DNA of 64,000 nucleotides from Euryarchaeota archaeon RBG_13_57_23 (GCA_001800675.1 MGVW01000005.1:7493-71492), one strand, 5' to 3'; shown: positions 19,979-29,329, numbered from the stretch's first letter. Numbers and translations: made by a program. Notes: generated by a model from the sequence alone, not told the origin.

Positions 19979-21472
19979 ATGCGGGGTCGTCATCAAAACG
20001 CTGTTACTGAGGGGACAGACTTGCCAATACACGAACCGATTGGGGGCCAGCTGAACATCTTCACCAAGAGCGAGGTCCAGAAGATCCACGGCGCGGCGAT
20101 GGAGGTTCTCAAGAGGCTGGGCATCAAGATCTGGTCCGAGAACGGACGGAAGCTTTTCGCAGATGCGGGCGCGGAAATCGATGACAAGTCGATGACCGTC
20201 AAGATGGACGAGGGATTCGTAATGGACATCATTCACAAAGCACCGTCCTCGTTCGATTACTACGGCCGGGACCCGAGCTACAGACTCCTGATGGGTAAGA
20301 AGAGGGTCCATTTCTCGCTCTGTGGCCAGGGCGTGAAGGTGCAAGACCTCGATGGAAAGGTGCGCCCTGCGACCCTGCATGACCTCGAGAACATGGCCAT
20401 TATTGGGGACTACAGTGAGAACATCCACCACATCTCGATGATGACCACTCCCATGGACGTCCCGCCTGAGACGATGCACATTCGGGCGCTCTGGGGGATG
20501 CTGAAGAACACCGTGAAGACGGTAGACGGATACACTCACGGGACGAGATCGGCCGAGGAGACGATTCAGCTTGGATCGATAGTCAGAGGGTCGACAGACG
20601 CCTTGGTGAAGAAGCCGTTGTTGCTTGGCTTCACGAACCCGGTGAGCCCGATGCAACTCTCGAAGGAGCTCGTGGACGGAGCGATAGTGTATGCGAAGTA
20701 CAAACAGCCTGTGCTCTACGCTCCTGAGGCTCTCTCGGGTGGGACGGCCCCTGCGACCTTGGCCGGCCTCATGGTGCAGCAGACGGCAGAGGTGCTATCG
20801 GGGATCATGGTCTCCCAGCTGGCGAATCCGGGTGCACCTGTGCTCTTCGGCACGGTCTCGGCAGCGATGGACATGAAGACCGGCACACCAGCACTTGGTG
20901 GACCCGAAGTGGGCCTGCTCAACCTGGCTACTGCCCAGCTTGCGAGGCACTACAAGCTACCGTGCAGGGGGACTGGAGGGAATTCGGATTCGAAAGTCGT
21001 CGATGCGCAGGCCGGCATCGAGACCGCCATAAGCATCCTGCAAGCGAGTTACGCAGGTGTCAACTTCATGTACGATTCGGCGGGCTCTTTGGACGGATCC
21101 CTCACCACTTCGTACGAGAAGATAGTCATAGACAACGAGATCTGCGGCATGGTTTCGAGAATACTCAAGGGAATAGAGGTGACAGACGAGACGCTCGCCG
21201 TCGATGAGATAGTCCGGATCGGACCCGCCGCGAGCTACCTAGGCACACCCTACACGCTTCACCACTTCAGGAAAGAGCAATTCATTCCGGAACTGCTTGA
21301 CAGGAAATCGAGAGATTTGTGGGAGGCGGCCGGCAGGAAGGACATGGCGCAAGTCGCACGAGAGAAGGCTAGATGGATACTCGAGAATCACACGCCCGAG
21401 CCCCTTGAGAAGGACGTCTTGAACGAGGGGGATGAATTCGTGAAGAAGGTAGTCAAGGGATACGGTCACTGA
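19979..21472 (+). CDS. MttB-superfamily (trimethylamine methyltransferase-like, COG5598) corrinoid-dependent methyltransferase, non-pyrrolysine type
   Basis: 497 aa, full-length MttB-family pattern (N-terminal EVQKIHGAAMEVLKRLGIKIW, central VDGYTHG...). No in-frame TAG. An in-frame TGA lies 18 nt upstream of the ATG. Confidence 0.8.
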   Translation: MRGRHQNAVTEGTDLPIHEPIGGQLNIFTKSEVQKIHGAAMEVLKRLGIKIWSENGRKLFADAGAEIDDKSMTVKMDEGFVMDIIHKAPSSFDYYGRDPSYRLLMGKKRVHFSLCGQGVKVQDLDGKVRPATLHDLENMAIIGDYSENIHHISMMTTPMDVPPETMHIRALWGMLKNTVKTVDGYTHGTRSAEETIQLGSIVRGSTDALVKKPLLLGFTNPVSPMQLSKELVDGAIVYAKYKQPVLYAPEALSGGTAPATLAGLMVQQTAEVLSGIMVSQLANPGAPVLFGTVSAAMDMKTGTPALGGPEVGLLNLATAQLARHYKLPCRGTGGNSDSKVVDAQAGIETAISILQASYAGVNFMYDSAGSLDGSLTTSYEKIVIDNEICGMVSRILKGIEVTDETLAVDEIVRIGPAASYLGTPYTLHHFRKEQFIPELLDRKSRDLWEAAGRKDMAQVAREKARWILENHTPEPLEKDVLNEGDEFVKKVVKGYGH

Positions 21473-21479
21473 CCCGGGC

Positions 21480-22499
21480 ATGATGACCCGGGATGCAACC
21501 ATATCCATTTTATACGAGTCTCCCACTCTCAGCGTCGTGGTCGATAGCGAACCGAAAGAGGACCGGCTGCCCAAGAAATATCGCGGCACCCTGCTGTTCC
21601 TGAGAGATGCGGGAATCGCGTTCCTATTCGTGTGCCTCGTGCTACTCACCATGTTCGCGTACACGGGTCTGTGGCCTCCCCTGGTCGTCGTGGAATCGAA
21701 CAGCATGATGCACGGCGAGGAGAATCTCAGCAGCATTGGGACGATCGATACGGGAGACCTCGTGCTCGTGAAGAAGGTCGACCAGGTCTCAGAGGTGGAA
21801 ACCTATCTCGAAGGCTACGTCTCGGGATACAGCAGCTACGATGATTACGGGGATGTGATCATCTACGAACGGGGAGGCGTTTCGGCCACTACGCCGATAA
21901 TCCACCGCGCGATGATGTATTTAGAGTTCAACGCAGACTACACCAGCTACAGCTGTGCCGCGCTCAAGAACGTTCCACGCACCGGTCCAAGCGCCAAGTG
22001 GTCGACCCTCAACCCGTCCGATACATGGGACAATCTCACGAGCACGCTGATAATTTCTGACGTCGGCTGGAACAGCCTCTCCGTCTCGGTCGACATACGG
22101 TCGCTGCTGGCATCCCACAGAAGCGGTTTCATAACCAAAGGGGATCACAACTCTGGAATCGATCAGATGTATGGCGCCGCGGGTCCGGTCGATGTGAATT
22201 GGGTTGTGGGAAAGGCTCGCGGGGAGATCCCATGGTTCGGACTGCTCAAGCTATGGTCGACCGGCACACTTGGGAGCCCCGCACCGCCCAACAGCGTGCG
22301 CAACCTGTGGATCGCCATCGCAGTAATCGTCATAGCACCGGTCGTGCTGGACATATTTCTCACATACCGCGAGAAGAAGCGCATCGCGCGCAGACGGGCC
22401 CTGTACGAGCGGCACGCAGGAAAGAGCTCGAATGTGGATAAAAGGGTGGAAGGCGAGGAGCAGAAGAAGCCCCCCGAGCCACCTCCGAAGCTGGCGTAG
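21480..22499 (+). CDS. signal peptidase I (archaeal Sec11-type, S26 family), unusually long
   Basis: N-terminal TM, box B VVVESNSMMHGEE, GDLVLVKKVD, KGDHNSG (GDNN-like), C-terminal TM plus a charged tail. About 150 aa longer than typical archaeal enzymes. Confidence 0.65.
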   Translation: MMTRDATISILYESPTLSVVVDSEPKEDRLPKKYRGTLLFLRDAGIAFLFVCLVLLTMFAYTGLWPPLVVVESNSMMHGEENLSSIGTIDTGDLVLVKKVDQVSEVETYLEGYVSGYSSYDDYGDVIIYERGGVSATTPIIHRAMMYLEFNADYTSYSCAALKNVPRTGPSAKWSTLNPSDTWDNLTSTLIISDVGWNSLSVSVDIRSLLASHRSGFITKGDHNSGIDQMYGAAGPVDVNWVVGKARGEIPWFGLLKLWSTGTLGSPAPPNSVRNLWIAIAVIVIAPVVLDIFLTYREKKRIARRRALYERHAGKSSNVDKRVEGEEQKKPPEPPPKLA

Positions 22500-22500
22500 A

Positions 22501-23736
22501 TCACATCAGTGTCGTCTGATAGCGCAGCTTGTAGTTCTTGAGCTGGCTCAGTATCTCGTCCTCTTCGAGTATCTTCCTCGCTTCCACCACTGGCACGCTG
22601 GGCTCTATCTCCTTCGTTCTCCCCCCTCTCCCGAAGGACTTCACCCGAGCATGTATTATGCCGAGCATATCGAGTTCCGAAATCAGGTCCGTGATTCTCC
22701 TCTGGGTGAGTATGGCAATCGAAGTGCATTGGCAGAGTTCCTTGTAGGTTTCGTACAGATCCCCTGTAGTGAGCTTTCCGTCTCCCCTCTCCGTGTTCAG
22801 GAAGACCCCCATCAGCACCAATTTGGACTGAATGGGCAGGGTCCTGACCGCCTCGGTGATGCAGTCGAGCTCGATCTTGTTCTTCGCCCTGATGACATCC
22901 GACTCGGTCACGACCAACACTTGGTTACGCTCGGCTATCTCTGCGGCCACCCTCAGAAGGTCCAGAGCCCTCCTCGCGTCTCCGTGTTCCTGGGCGGCCA
23001 GCGCCGCGCAGAGCGGTATGACCGAGGGCTCGAGCGAGCCCGCCTCGAGCACCAACTTGCTCCTCTGGTCCAAGATGTCCTTCAACTGCTCCGCATTGTA
23101 AGGTGGGAAGACCATCTTCTCCTCGCTGAGCGAACTCTTCACTCGTGGGTCGAGAAACTCCATGAAGCGCAGGTCGTTCGATATCCCGATTACGCTCACC
23201 TTGGCATTCTTGAGATCGTCGTTGATCCTGCACAAGTGATACAGCACATCGTCGCCGCTCTTCGATACGAGCTGGTCGACCTCGTCGAGAGCGATGACTA
23301 TCACGCGCTTCTCCTCGTCGATCTTCTCCCTGAGTATGTTGTACACACGCTCCGTGCTCCAACCAGTGAAAGGAATGCGGGCCTCGAAGTCCTCGATGAA
23401 CCTGTTGCCAATGTTCTGGAGGATTCCATACTGCGTGTCCACGACCTCGCAGTTCATGTAGATGAAATGGACCTTGTTCAATCCCGAATCTGCTCGCTCG
23501 ATCTCCTTGCCGATGTACTTCATGCAGGCGGTCTTTCCCGTCCCCGTCTTCCCGAAAAGCAGCACGTTGGAGGGTCTGTTTCCCTCGAGCGCGGTCACCA
23601 GAATCCTCGCCAGCTCCCCTATCTGCTCCTCTCTGTGAGGAAGAACGTCAGGTATGTATGATGATCTCAGAACGTCCCTGTCGCCCTTGATGATGGACTG
23701 CGATTTGATATACTGGTGGAATATGGTATCCTGCAT
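22501..23736 (-). CDS. cdc6: Orc1/Cdc6 replication initiator
   Basis: Start refined to MQDTIFHQYIKSQSIIKGDRDVLRSSYIPDVLPHREEQI, the canonical Cdc6 N-terminus. Walker A GKTGTGKT, and a C-terminal winged helix. Confidence 0.9.
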   Translation of the reverse strand: MQDTIFHQYIKSQSIIKGDRDVLRSSYIPDVLPHREEQIGELARILVTALEGNRPSNVLLFGKTGTGKTACMKYIGKEIERADSGLNKVHFIYMNCEVVDTQYGILQNIGNRFIEDFEARIPFTGWSTERVYNILREKIDEEKRVIVIALDEVDQLVSKSGDDVLYHLCRINDDLKNAKVSVIGISNDLRFMEFLDPRVKSSLSEEKMVFPPYNAEQLKDILDQRSKLVLEAGSLEPSVIPLCAALAAQEHGDARRALDLLRVAAEIAERNQVLVVTESDVIRAKNKIELDCITEAVRTLPIQSKLVLMGVFLNTERGDGKLTTGDLYETYKELCQCTSIAILTQRRITDLISELDMLGIIHARVKSFGRGGRTKEIEPSVPVVEARKILEEDEILSQLKNYKLRYQTTLM

Positions 23737-23779
23737 CTTGTTCCCCCGCAGAAGCAAAAGGCTCCTTCCCTCCCCTTGT

Positions 23780-23790
23780 TTCCGATGGAA
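23780..23790. repeat. mini-ORB-like element TTCCGATGGAA (TTCC-N3-GGAA)
   Basis: Internally palindromic; its inverted partner lies about 260 bp away. Confidence 0.45.
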
Positions 23791-24047
23791 GCCGCTCTCG
23801 GAATCCACACGAAACTGAGGGAAAAGTGGAATGATGTAGAAGCTACTTAAGTGTTAATATTATCGTGAGAACTCATTTTACCTGCAGCCTCGAAATTTTG
23901 GTGAATCGAGCGAGCCAGCATTTCTAGAAAATGCGATGCGGTGAATAAAAAATTTTGGTGCACATGCATGCGCATTTCCGAGGGGGGACCCCTTTATTTC
24001 CTGTGGAACGCCCTGAAAAAGGGGTGGGACCCTCGGGAATCGCGTGT

Positions 24048-24058
24048 GTCCATCGGAA
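24048..24058. repeat. mini-ORB-like element, inverted copy (GTCCATCGGAA)
   Basis: Reverse complement of the core of the 23780 element. Confidence 0.45.
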
Positions 24059-24140
24059 CACATGGTTCTGAAGCTAAGGATGTGCTGGATTTCGTCAACG
24101 GATATCATTATCTCTCAATATGGCCTAAGCGACGTAGCAG

Positions 24141-25463
24141 ATGAAAAAGGCAGTCCTTCTATCGATCACGGATGACACCACGGAGATGCGCTCCCTTCTG
24201 GATACACTAGGAGTGCAAGTCATTAGAGAGTTCCATCAGAACCTCAGACATCCGCACAAGGCGAGCTTCCTCGGACCCGGGAAGATAGAGGGGATCCAGA
24301 AGGAGCTGGAAGAATCTGAATTCGACGTCGCAGTGGTGAACGGGATCCTACGACCATCACAACACCACTATCTCGAGATGAAGTTTCAGAAGGAGTTTAT
24401 TGACAGGCCTGGTGTGATACTTCGTATTTTCTCAGAGCACGCGCATACCCAAGAGGCGATTGCGCAGGTCACACTTGCCAAGCTGAGATATGAACAGCCG
24501 TTTCTGAGAGAGTGGATACACAAAGCGAAGAGTGGCGATCGTCCGGGCTTTCTCGCAGGGGGAGCCTACGCAACAGATGTCTACTACGAACATGCGAAGA
24601 CTCATGCGAGAAGAATAGAGAAAGGACTGAGAGAGCTATCAAAGCAAAGAGAGATTACAAGAGCTAAGAGAAGAGAGCAGGGATATAGTCTCGTCTCTCT
24701 CGCAGGTTACACAAACGCAGGAAAATCCGCCTTGCTGAACAGGCTGTGCGAAGCCTCAGTGGAAGTCGATGACAGGCTGTTCTCAACCCTGTCAACTACC
24801 ACCAGGCGACTGAAGGGGAGTAGGGCAAACATTCTTGTCTCTGACACAGTTGGTTTTATCAGGGACCTCCCACCAGATCTCATTGATGCGTTCAATTCAA
24901 CACTTGAGGAAGTATTCTATGCAGACCTGATTCTCTTACTGTTCGATTCTAGCGAGAACGACGACTTAATCAAATCCAAATTGAGAACCTCATTAGAGAT
25001 CCTCCTTCCGAGAATCGAGAGGAGGTCTCTCGTCGTTGTTGGTAATAAGACGGATTTGATAGATGATGAGAGAAAGAAGAAGGTAATCAGTATCGTTGAA
25101 TCTATCATAGGATCCTACGAGCTGCTGATGATTTCGACTGTGAGGGAGAAAGGGTTAGATGCACTCAGAACTCGAATAGGGTTAATCCAGAACTTGTCAG
25201 CCGTCCTCAGCGTGGAACTCCCTTTGAGCGACGGGTCGATGGGCCTACTCTCAAGGCTGAGAGCATCATGTGATGTCAGCGAAGAAGTCGTTGGCACCAT
25301 CGTGAAAGCGACGATTCGCTGCAGATCGGATGATCTCGGGAAGATCATTGGATGGCTGGAAGCAGCCGGCGCACTCAAGATAATCACGAACGATGGGCCA
25401 CGGGCCGAGGGGGCACAGAGAACGGGCATCTCCAACGGAAGTGAAGGGGCCCCCCTCACATGA
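24141..25463 (+). CDS. hflX: GTPase HflX
   Basis: HflX N-terminal domain, G1 GYTNAGKSALLN, G3 DTVGF, G4 NKTD, plus a C-terminal extension of about 100 aa. Confidence 0.85.
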   Translation: MKKAVLLSITDDTTEMRSLLDTLGVQVIREFHQNLRHPHKASFLGPGKIEGIQKELEESEFDVAVVNGILRPSQHHYLEMKFQKEFIDRPGVILRIFSEHAHTQEAIAQVTLAKLRYEQPFLREWIHKAKSGDRPGFLAGGAYATDVYYEHAKTHARRIEKGLRELSKQREITRAKRREQGYSLVSLAGYTNAGKSALLNRLCEASVEVDDRLFSTLSTTTRRLKGSRANILVSDTVGFIRDLPPDLIDAFNSTLEEVFYADLILLLFDSSENDDLIKSKLRTSLEILLPRIERRSLVVVGNKTDLIDDERKKKVISIVESIIGSYELLMISTVREKGLDALRTRIGLIQNLSAVLSVELPLSDGSMGLLSRLRASCDVSEEVVGTIVKATIRCRSDDLGKIIGWLEAAGALKIITNDGPRAEGAQRTGISNGSEGAPLT

Positions 25464-25469
25464 GGGCCT

Positions 25470-25877
25470 CTACAGCTTGAACTCTTTCTTCTTCGCAATG
25501 ACCTTGTCCTCGAATCGCTGAGGCAGGGACCAGGCCAGATACTCTATGTCGTCCATGTTCCTGACGAACTTCGCCTTGCTCGGCGTGTCGATGAGGTCAG
25601 CCAGCTCTCTCGTCTTCTTGACGAAATCGTAAAGCCACCAAGCGCAGACAATCAACCCGATGGGCGCCCCGACCGCGATCCAGTCGACCCAGGTTCCGAG
25701 CGGGTTCAGGAAGGACCCCAGGAACGAGATGGGATCGGGCAGATTGAAAATCACTTCTCCGTCAACCATCTTCATGTACACGACGCCAATGATGGAGGCA
25801 ATCGTGAGGAAGGCGAACAGCAGCGTGAGCAGGGTGGCTAGTTCGAGCCTGTACTCGGTTAGAATCGATTTGGCCAT
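25470..25877 (-). CDS. hypothetical membrane protein (2-3 TM)
   Basis: 135-aa ORF with hydrophobic helices. Stop is 7 nt from the hflX stop (convergent). Confidence 0.45.
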   Translation of the reverse strand: MAKSILTEYRLELATLLTLLFAFLTIASIIGVVYMKMVDGEVIFNLPDPISFLGSFLNPLGTWVDWIAVGAPIGLIVCAWWLYDFVKKTRELADLIDTPSKAKFVRNMDDIEYLAWSLPQRFEDKVIAKKKEFKL

Positions 25878-25990
25878 CCGTTCACCTAGCTGACGGATAA
25901 AAGAGGAACCCGTTAAAATGATTTCCTATGGTTTGGGGACCCTACATGTAGCCGTCATCAGTATTCTTTCCTATTGCGGATTGCCCGCAG

Positions 25991-26647
25991 ATGCTTGGCA
26001 GGGGGTCTCGCCAGCGCATTCTGGCAACGGCAAGCCCAATCACACTGGGCCTCGTAGTCCTCATGGCCTGGGGTTCTCCGGTGCCCGTCGTGTCGATTGC
26101 AGCCCTGGCGTCCATCGACGACGGCACTATGGTCCAGACGGTCGGACTCGTGGCGGATTCGTGGGCATGGGATGACGGGACAGAGAACCTGTTGCTTGTG
26201 GAGACCGCCTCTGGATGTACTGTCATCATGGTCTGTTCCAGCGGGATCCACGCCCAGCCGAGCACGTACGTCCATATTGGGGATGAGATCAAGGTCGTCG
26301 GGAAGGTATTCGGGTCGGATTCTCCGAGGAAGCTGTATACTGACAGCGATAAGGTGACTCTTCTTCGACGGTGCGAATTCGTTCTGACGGTGGATTCATT
26401 GGCGGACTGCTGGCGACTGTTCGAAGGGGACGACATCGAGGTCAGAGGGATACTCTCCAGAACGAGTGGTGACATCGGGCTCGCCCTTAGAGGCCTGTCG
26501 GGGGGAAGCACGGTCGCGCTGGACTATCCGAATGAGATCCAGCCGGCATTGCTGGGAAGGGAGGTGGTCGTTGCTGGGCGCCTAACCTTTGAGGAGACCA
26601 TCCTGGCGGTAGTGCTTCGCGCGGATTCGGTGGTAGCATGTTCGTGA
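25991..26647 (+). CDS. hypothetical exported/membrane-anchored protein, possible tandem OB-fold
   Basis: N-terminal hydrophobic segment ITLGLVVLMAWG, then two similar segments with an IEVRG/IKVVG beta-rich pattern. Strand choice over the overlapping minus-strand ORFs rests on composition only. Confidence 0.4.
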   Translation: MLGRGSRQRILATASPITLGLVVLMAWGSPVPVVSIAALASIDDGTMVQTVGLVADSWAWDDGTENLLLVETASGCTVIMVCSSGIHAQPSTYVHIGDEIKVVGKVFGSDSPRKLYTDSDKVTLLRRCEFVLTVDSLADCWRLFEGDDIEVRGILSRTSGDIGLALRGLSGGSTVALDYPNEIQPALLGREVVVAGRLTFEETILAVVLRADSVVACS

Positions 26648-26674
26648 CAACAACCCTTTTCTTGGGGACCAGCG

Positions 26675-28012
26675 ATGGCCGTCAGCGTGAGCGGGACTCT
26701 GCTTGCCTTCGACGATACCGATTCTCCGGATGGCATGTGCACGACCTACCTAGCCTCGCTCATGATCGAGGAGCTGAAGGATTACGACTTGATCGGTCTC
26801 CCACGTCTCGTACGGCTCGACCCCAATGTGCCTTGGAAGACTAGGGGGAACGCAGCCATCTGTCTGCGGCTCGGAGAAGGTACAGGCCCTTCGAGACTCT
26901 GCGGCGCCCTTCCGGGACGGATGGTCAGATACTATGAGAGCGGTCGCTCGGTCGATGGGAGGCAACTACTGGGAGAGGCATCGCGCGTGCTGGAAAGAGT
27001 TGCCCAGTTCGATTGCGACAAGACGAACCCAGGCATCGTCGTGTCGGACCGGAGGCCGTCACAAGGGCTTTATTGGGACGCAGTGCGTGAAGTCGTCCCT
27101 ATCGGCCGCGTCGAGAGACTGCTGAAGGAATGCGGCGCGGAGTGGAGGAAGTACAAGAGCGGAAGGGGGATAATCGGCGCAGCGTCTGCGATGGCGTGGC
27201 GCCCCAGAGACAGGACATGGGAGGTTATCGCGTATCGCCACCCAAAGGTGTTCGGCAAACCACGGAGAGTCGACCCCAAGAGCGTGATCTCCATGGACAA
27301 GGCCACAAGGCGCACCTTCAACAACTATGATTATGAGAGCGGTCACATCGCAATCACTCCGGGGTCGCCTTGCCCTATCCTCTTCGGCATCAGAGGAGAC
27401 TCTTCAGCTGAACTCTTGAGGGCCAAGGACATGATAGAGGGAGAAAGTCCGGACAGATGGCTTCTGTTCCTGACCAATCAGGGCACGGATGACCATATCG
27501 TAAGGAGAAGAATCTGTTCGCTGAGACCCATGGATTCTGCGGAAATCGAGGCCAAGGTCGTCTCGCCACCAGTCACGATACCAGGGAAACACGTCATCCT
27601 CCGCGTCTCTGACGGGGACGAAATCGATGCGGCCTTCTACGAGCCTTCTCGCAGTTTCCGACAGGTGGCACGGGCGCTCCTGCCTGGCGATGAAGTGACG
27701 CTCTATGGCTCCGTGCGCGAGGACAGGTTGACGCTCAACGTCGAGAAGATACACGTCCAGAAACTCGTGAAGGACATCCGAAAGATCCACAACCCTGCCT
27801 GCGAGCGCTGCGGGAAGAGCATGGGCTCAATGGGATCCGGTCAGGGCTACAGATGCAAGAGGTGTGGGGCAAAGGCGCCAGAGTCCGCCGCGGTGTCTAG
27901 GACTTTTGCCCGCTCCATCAGGCCCGGATGGTTCGAGCCGCCAGTCGCATCGCGAAGACACCTTCACAAGCCACTTCGGCGAATGTCGAGGGTGAACATA
28001 GACAATCTATAA
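26675..28012 (+). CDS. tiaS: tRNA(Ile2) 2-agmatinylcytidine synthetase TiaS
   Basis: The N-terminus FDDTDSPDGMCTTYLA matches the TiaS/DUF1743 kinase-like domain; a C-terminal zinc ribbon CERCGK...CKRCG is present. Confidence 0.85.
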   Translation: MAVSVSGTLLAFDDTDSPDGMCTTYLASLMIEELKDYDLIGLPRLVRLDPNVPWKTRGNAAICLRLGEGTGPSRLCGALPGRMVRYYESGRSVDGRQLLGEASRVLERVAQFDCDKTNPGIVVSDRRPSQGLYWDAVREVVPIGRVERLLKECGAEWRKYKSGRGIIGAASAMAWRPRDRTWEVIAYRHPKVFGKPRRVDPKSVISMDKATRRTFNNYDYESGHIAITPGSPCPILFGIRGDSSAELLRAKDMIEGESPDRWLLFLTNQGTDDHIVRRRICSLRPMDSAEIEAKVVSPPVTIPGKHVILRVSDGDEIDAAFYEPSRSFRQVARALLPGDEVTLYGSVREDRLTLNVEKIHVQKLVKDIRKIHNPACERCGKSMGSMGSGQGYRCKRCGAKAPESAAVSRTFARSIRPGWFEPPVASRRHLHKPLRRMSRVNIDNL

Positions 28013-28085
28013 ATACGCTCCAGCGAATCCGCAGCCAACCATCCGCACGATGATTTCCAGCGCGCTGGGCAGGTGTATCTTCATG

Positions 28086-29258
28086 AAGGAAGCAGTCATT
28101 GTCAGTGCTACTAGGACCCCGGTCGGCAAATTCGGAGGAGCTCTCAAGGACCTGAGCGCTCCAAAGCTGGGTTCCATTGTAGTCAGAGAGGCGGTCCGAA
28201 GGGCGAAGGTCTCTCCCAAGGAAATCGAAGAGTGCATCATGGGAAACGTCCTCGCGGCAGGTCTTGGGCAGAACCCTGCGAGGCAAGCGGCACTTCATGG
28301 CGGCCTCACCGAGGAGGTCGCAGCGCTCACGATCAACAAGGTCTGCGGGTCTGGGCTCAAGGCGGTCATGCTCGCCTCTGACGCGATTCTGGCAGGAAAG
28401 GAACGGATAATTGTAGCCGGTGGTATGGAGAGCATGAGCAACAGCCCGTACCTCCTTGAGAAGGCGCGTTTCGGATACAAGATGGGCGATTCGCAGATAG
28501 TGGATTCGATGGTCAGGGACGGCCTCTGGGATATCTTCAACAACTTCCACATGGGCAACACGGGCGAGATAGTGGCTCAGAGGAACGCGATCACGAGACA
28601 GGATGCGGACAAGTTCTCGCTCTGGAGCCAGCAGAAGGCCGTCCAGGCAATCAAGAGTGGCGCGTTCAAGGACGAGATTGTGGAGGTCGAGATCGAGTCC
28701 AAGAAGGAGAAGATCGTGGTCTCCGTCGACGAGGGCCCGAGGGAGGACAGCACCCTCGAGGGGCTCGCGAAGCTCAAGCCAGTCTTCAAGAACGACGGGA
28801 TCCTCACAGCCGGCAACTCCTCCACGATCAATGACGGGGCATCCGCGACGGTAGTCATGGATTTCGAGCTGGCCAAGGAGAAGGGCCTGAAACCCCTTGT
28901 GAGGATTGTGGACTACTTGACCGTTGGAGTCAGGCCGGAACTGCTAATGGAGGCGCCGATTCATGCGGTCAAGAAGCTGCTCAACAGGAACAACCTTCAG
29001 ATAGGCGACATCGACCTGATCGAGCACAACGAGGCGTTCTCGACCGCATCCATCGCGACGATGCGCGCGCTTGCCATCCCCGAATCGCGATTCAATGTGA
29101 ATGGCGGAGCGGTCGCGCTCGGGCACCCGATCGGATGCAGCGGCGCCCGTGTTCTGACCACTCTGATCTATGCCATGAAGGCCAGAGGGGCGAAGAGAGG
29201 CATCGCCACTCTCTGTTTGGGCGGCGGGAACGCCGTTGCGATGCTAGTCGAACAATAG
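28086..29258 (+). CDS. acetyl-CoA C-acetyltransferase (thiolase II, bacterial type)
   Basis: Hallmark thiolase motifs, including the active-site Cys in NKVCGSG and the C-terminal GLATLCLGGGNAVAM. Start refined to MKEAVIVSATRTPVGKF. Confidence 0.85.
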   Translation, partial: KEAVIVSATRTPVGKFGGALKDLSAPKLGSIVVREAVRRAKVSPKEIEECIMGNVLAAGLGQNPARQAALHGGLTEEVAALTINKVCGSGLKAVMLASDAILAGKERIIVAGGMESMSNSPYLLEKARFGYKMGDSQIVDSMVRDGLWDIFNNFHMGNTGEIVAQRNAITRQDADKFSLWSQQKAVQAIKSGAFKDEIVEVEIESKKEKIVVSVDEGPREDSTLEGLAKLKPVFKNDGILTAGNSSTINDGASATVVMDFELAKEKGLKPLVRIVDYLTVGVRPELLMEAPIHAVKKLLNRNNLQIGDIDLIEHNEAFSTASIATMRALAIPESRFNVNGGAVALGHPIGCSGARVLTTLIYAMKARGAKRGIATLCLGGGNAVAMLVEQ

Positions 29259-29329
29259 TCCCGTGGCGGTCAAGCAAGGAAATATACTACTTCGAACTAC
29301 ACAGAGCATCTACTCCATCGGGCGATAGC

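Larger units (their letters stand above)
23737..24140. other. predicted replication origin (oriC): AT-rich unwinding region flanked by inverted mini-ORB-like repeats, directly upstream of cdc6
   Basis: 404-bp intergenic region, GC-poor (e.g. 23841-23960), with direct repeats AATTTTGGTG (x2). TTCCGATGGAA at 23780-23790 is matched by an inverted copy GTCCATCGGAA at 24048-24058. Additional TCCACA-containing inverted elements occur at 23799-23810 and 24002-24010. Confidence 0.5.

Noticed and set aside
19883-20656. 257-aa minus-strand ORF
   Set aside because: Antisense to the MttB-family gene, whose frame carries a full-length family match.
22432-23661. 409-aa plus-strand ORF
   Set aside because: Antisense to the Orc1/Cdc6 gene.
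25942-26511. 189-aa minus-strand ORF (and nested 25958-26275)
   Set aside because: Competes with the plus-strand ORF 25991-26647. Rejected on composition (Ser/Pro/Arg-rich) and lack of signal-anchor logic, but this is a low-confidence decision.
29135-29329. 5' extension of the M20 peptidase ORF
   Set aside because: Overlaps the thiolase 3' end in another frame; the peptidase N-terminus aligns from MNARELMQAV at 29330.
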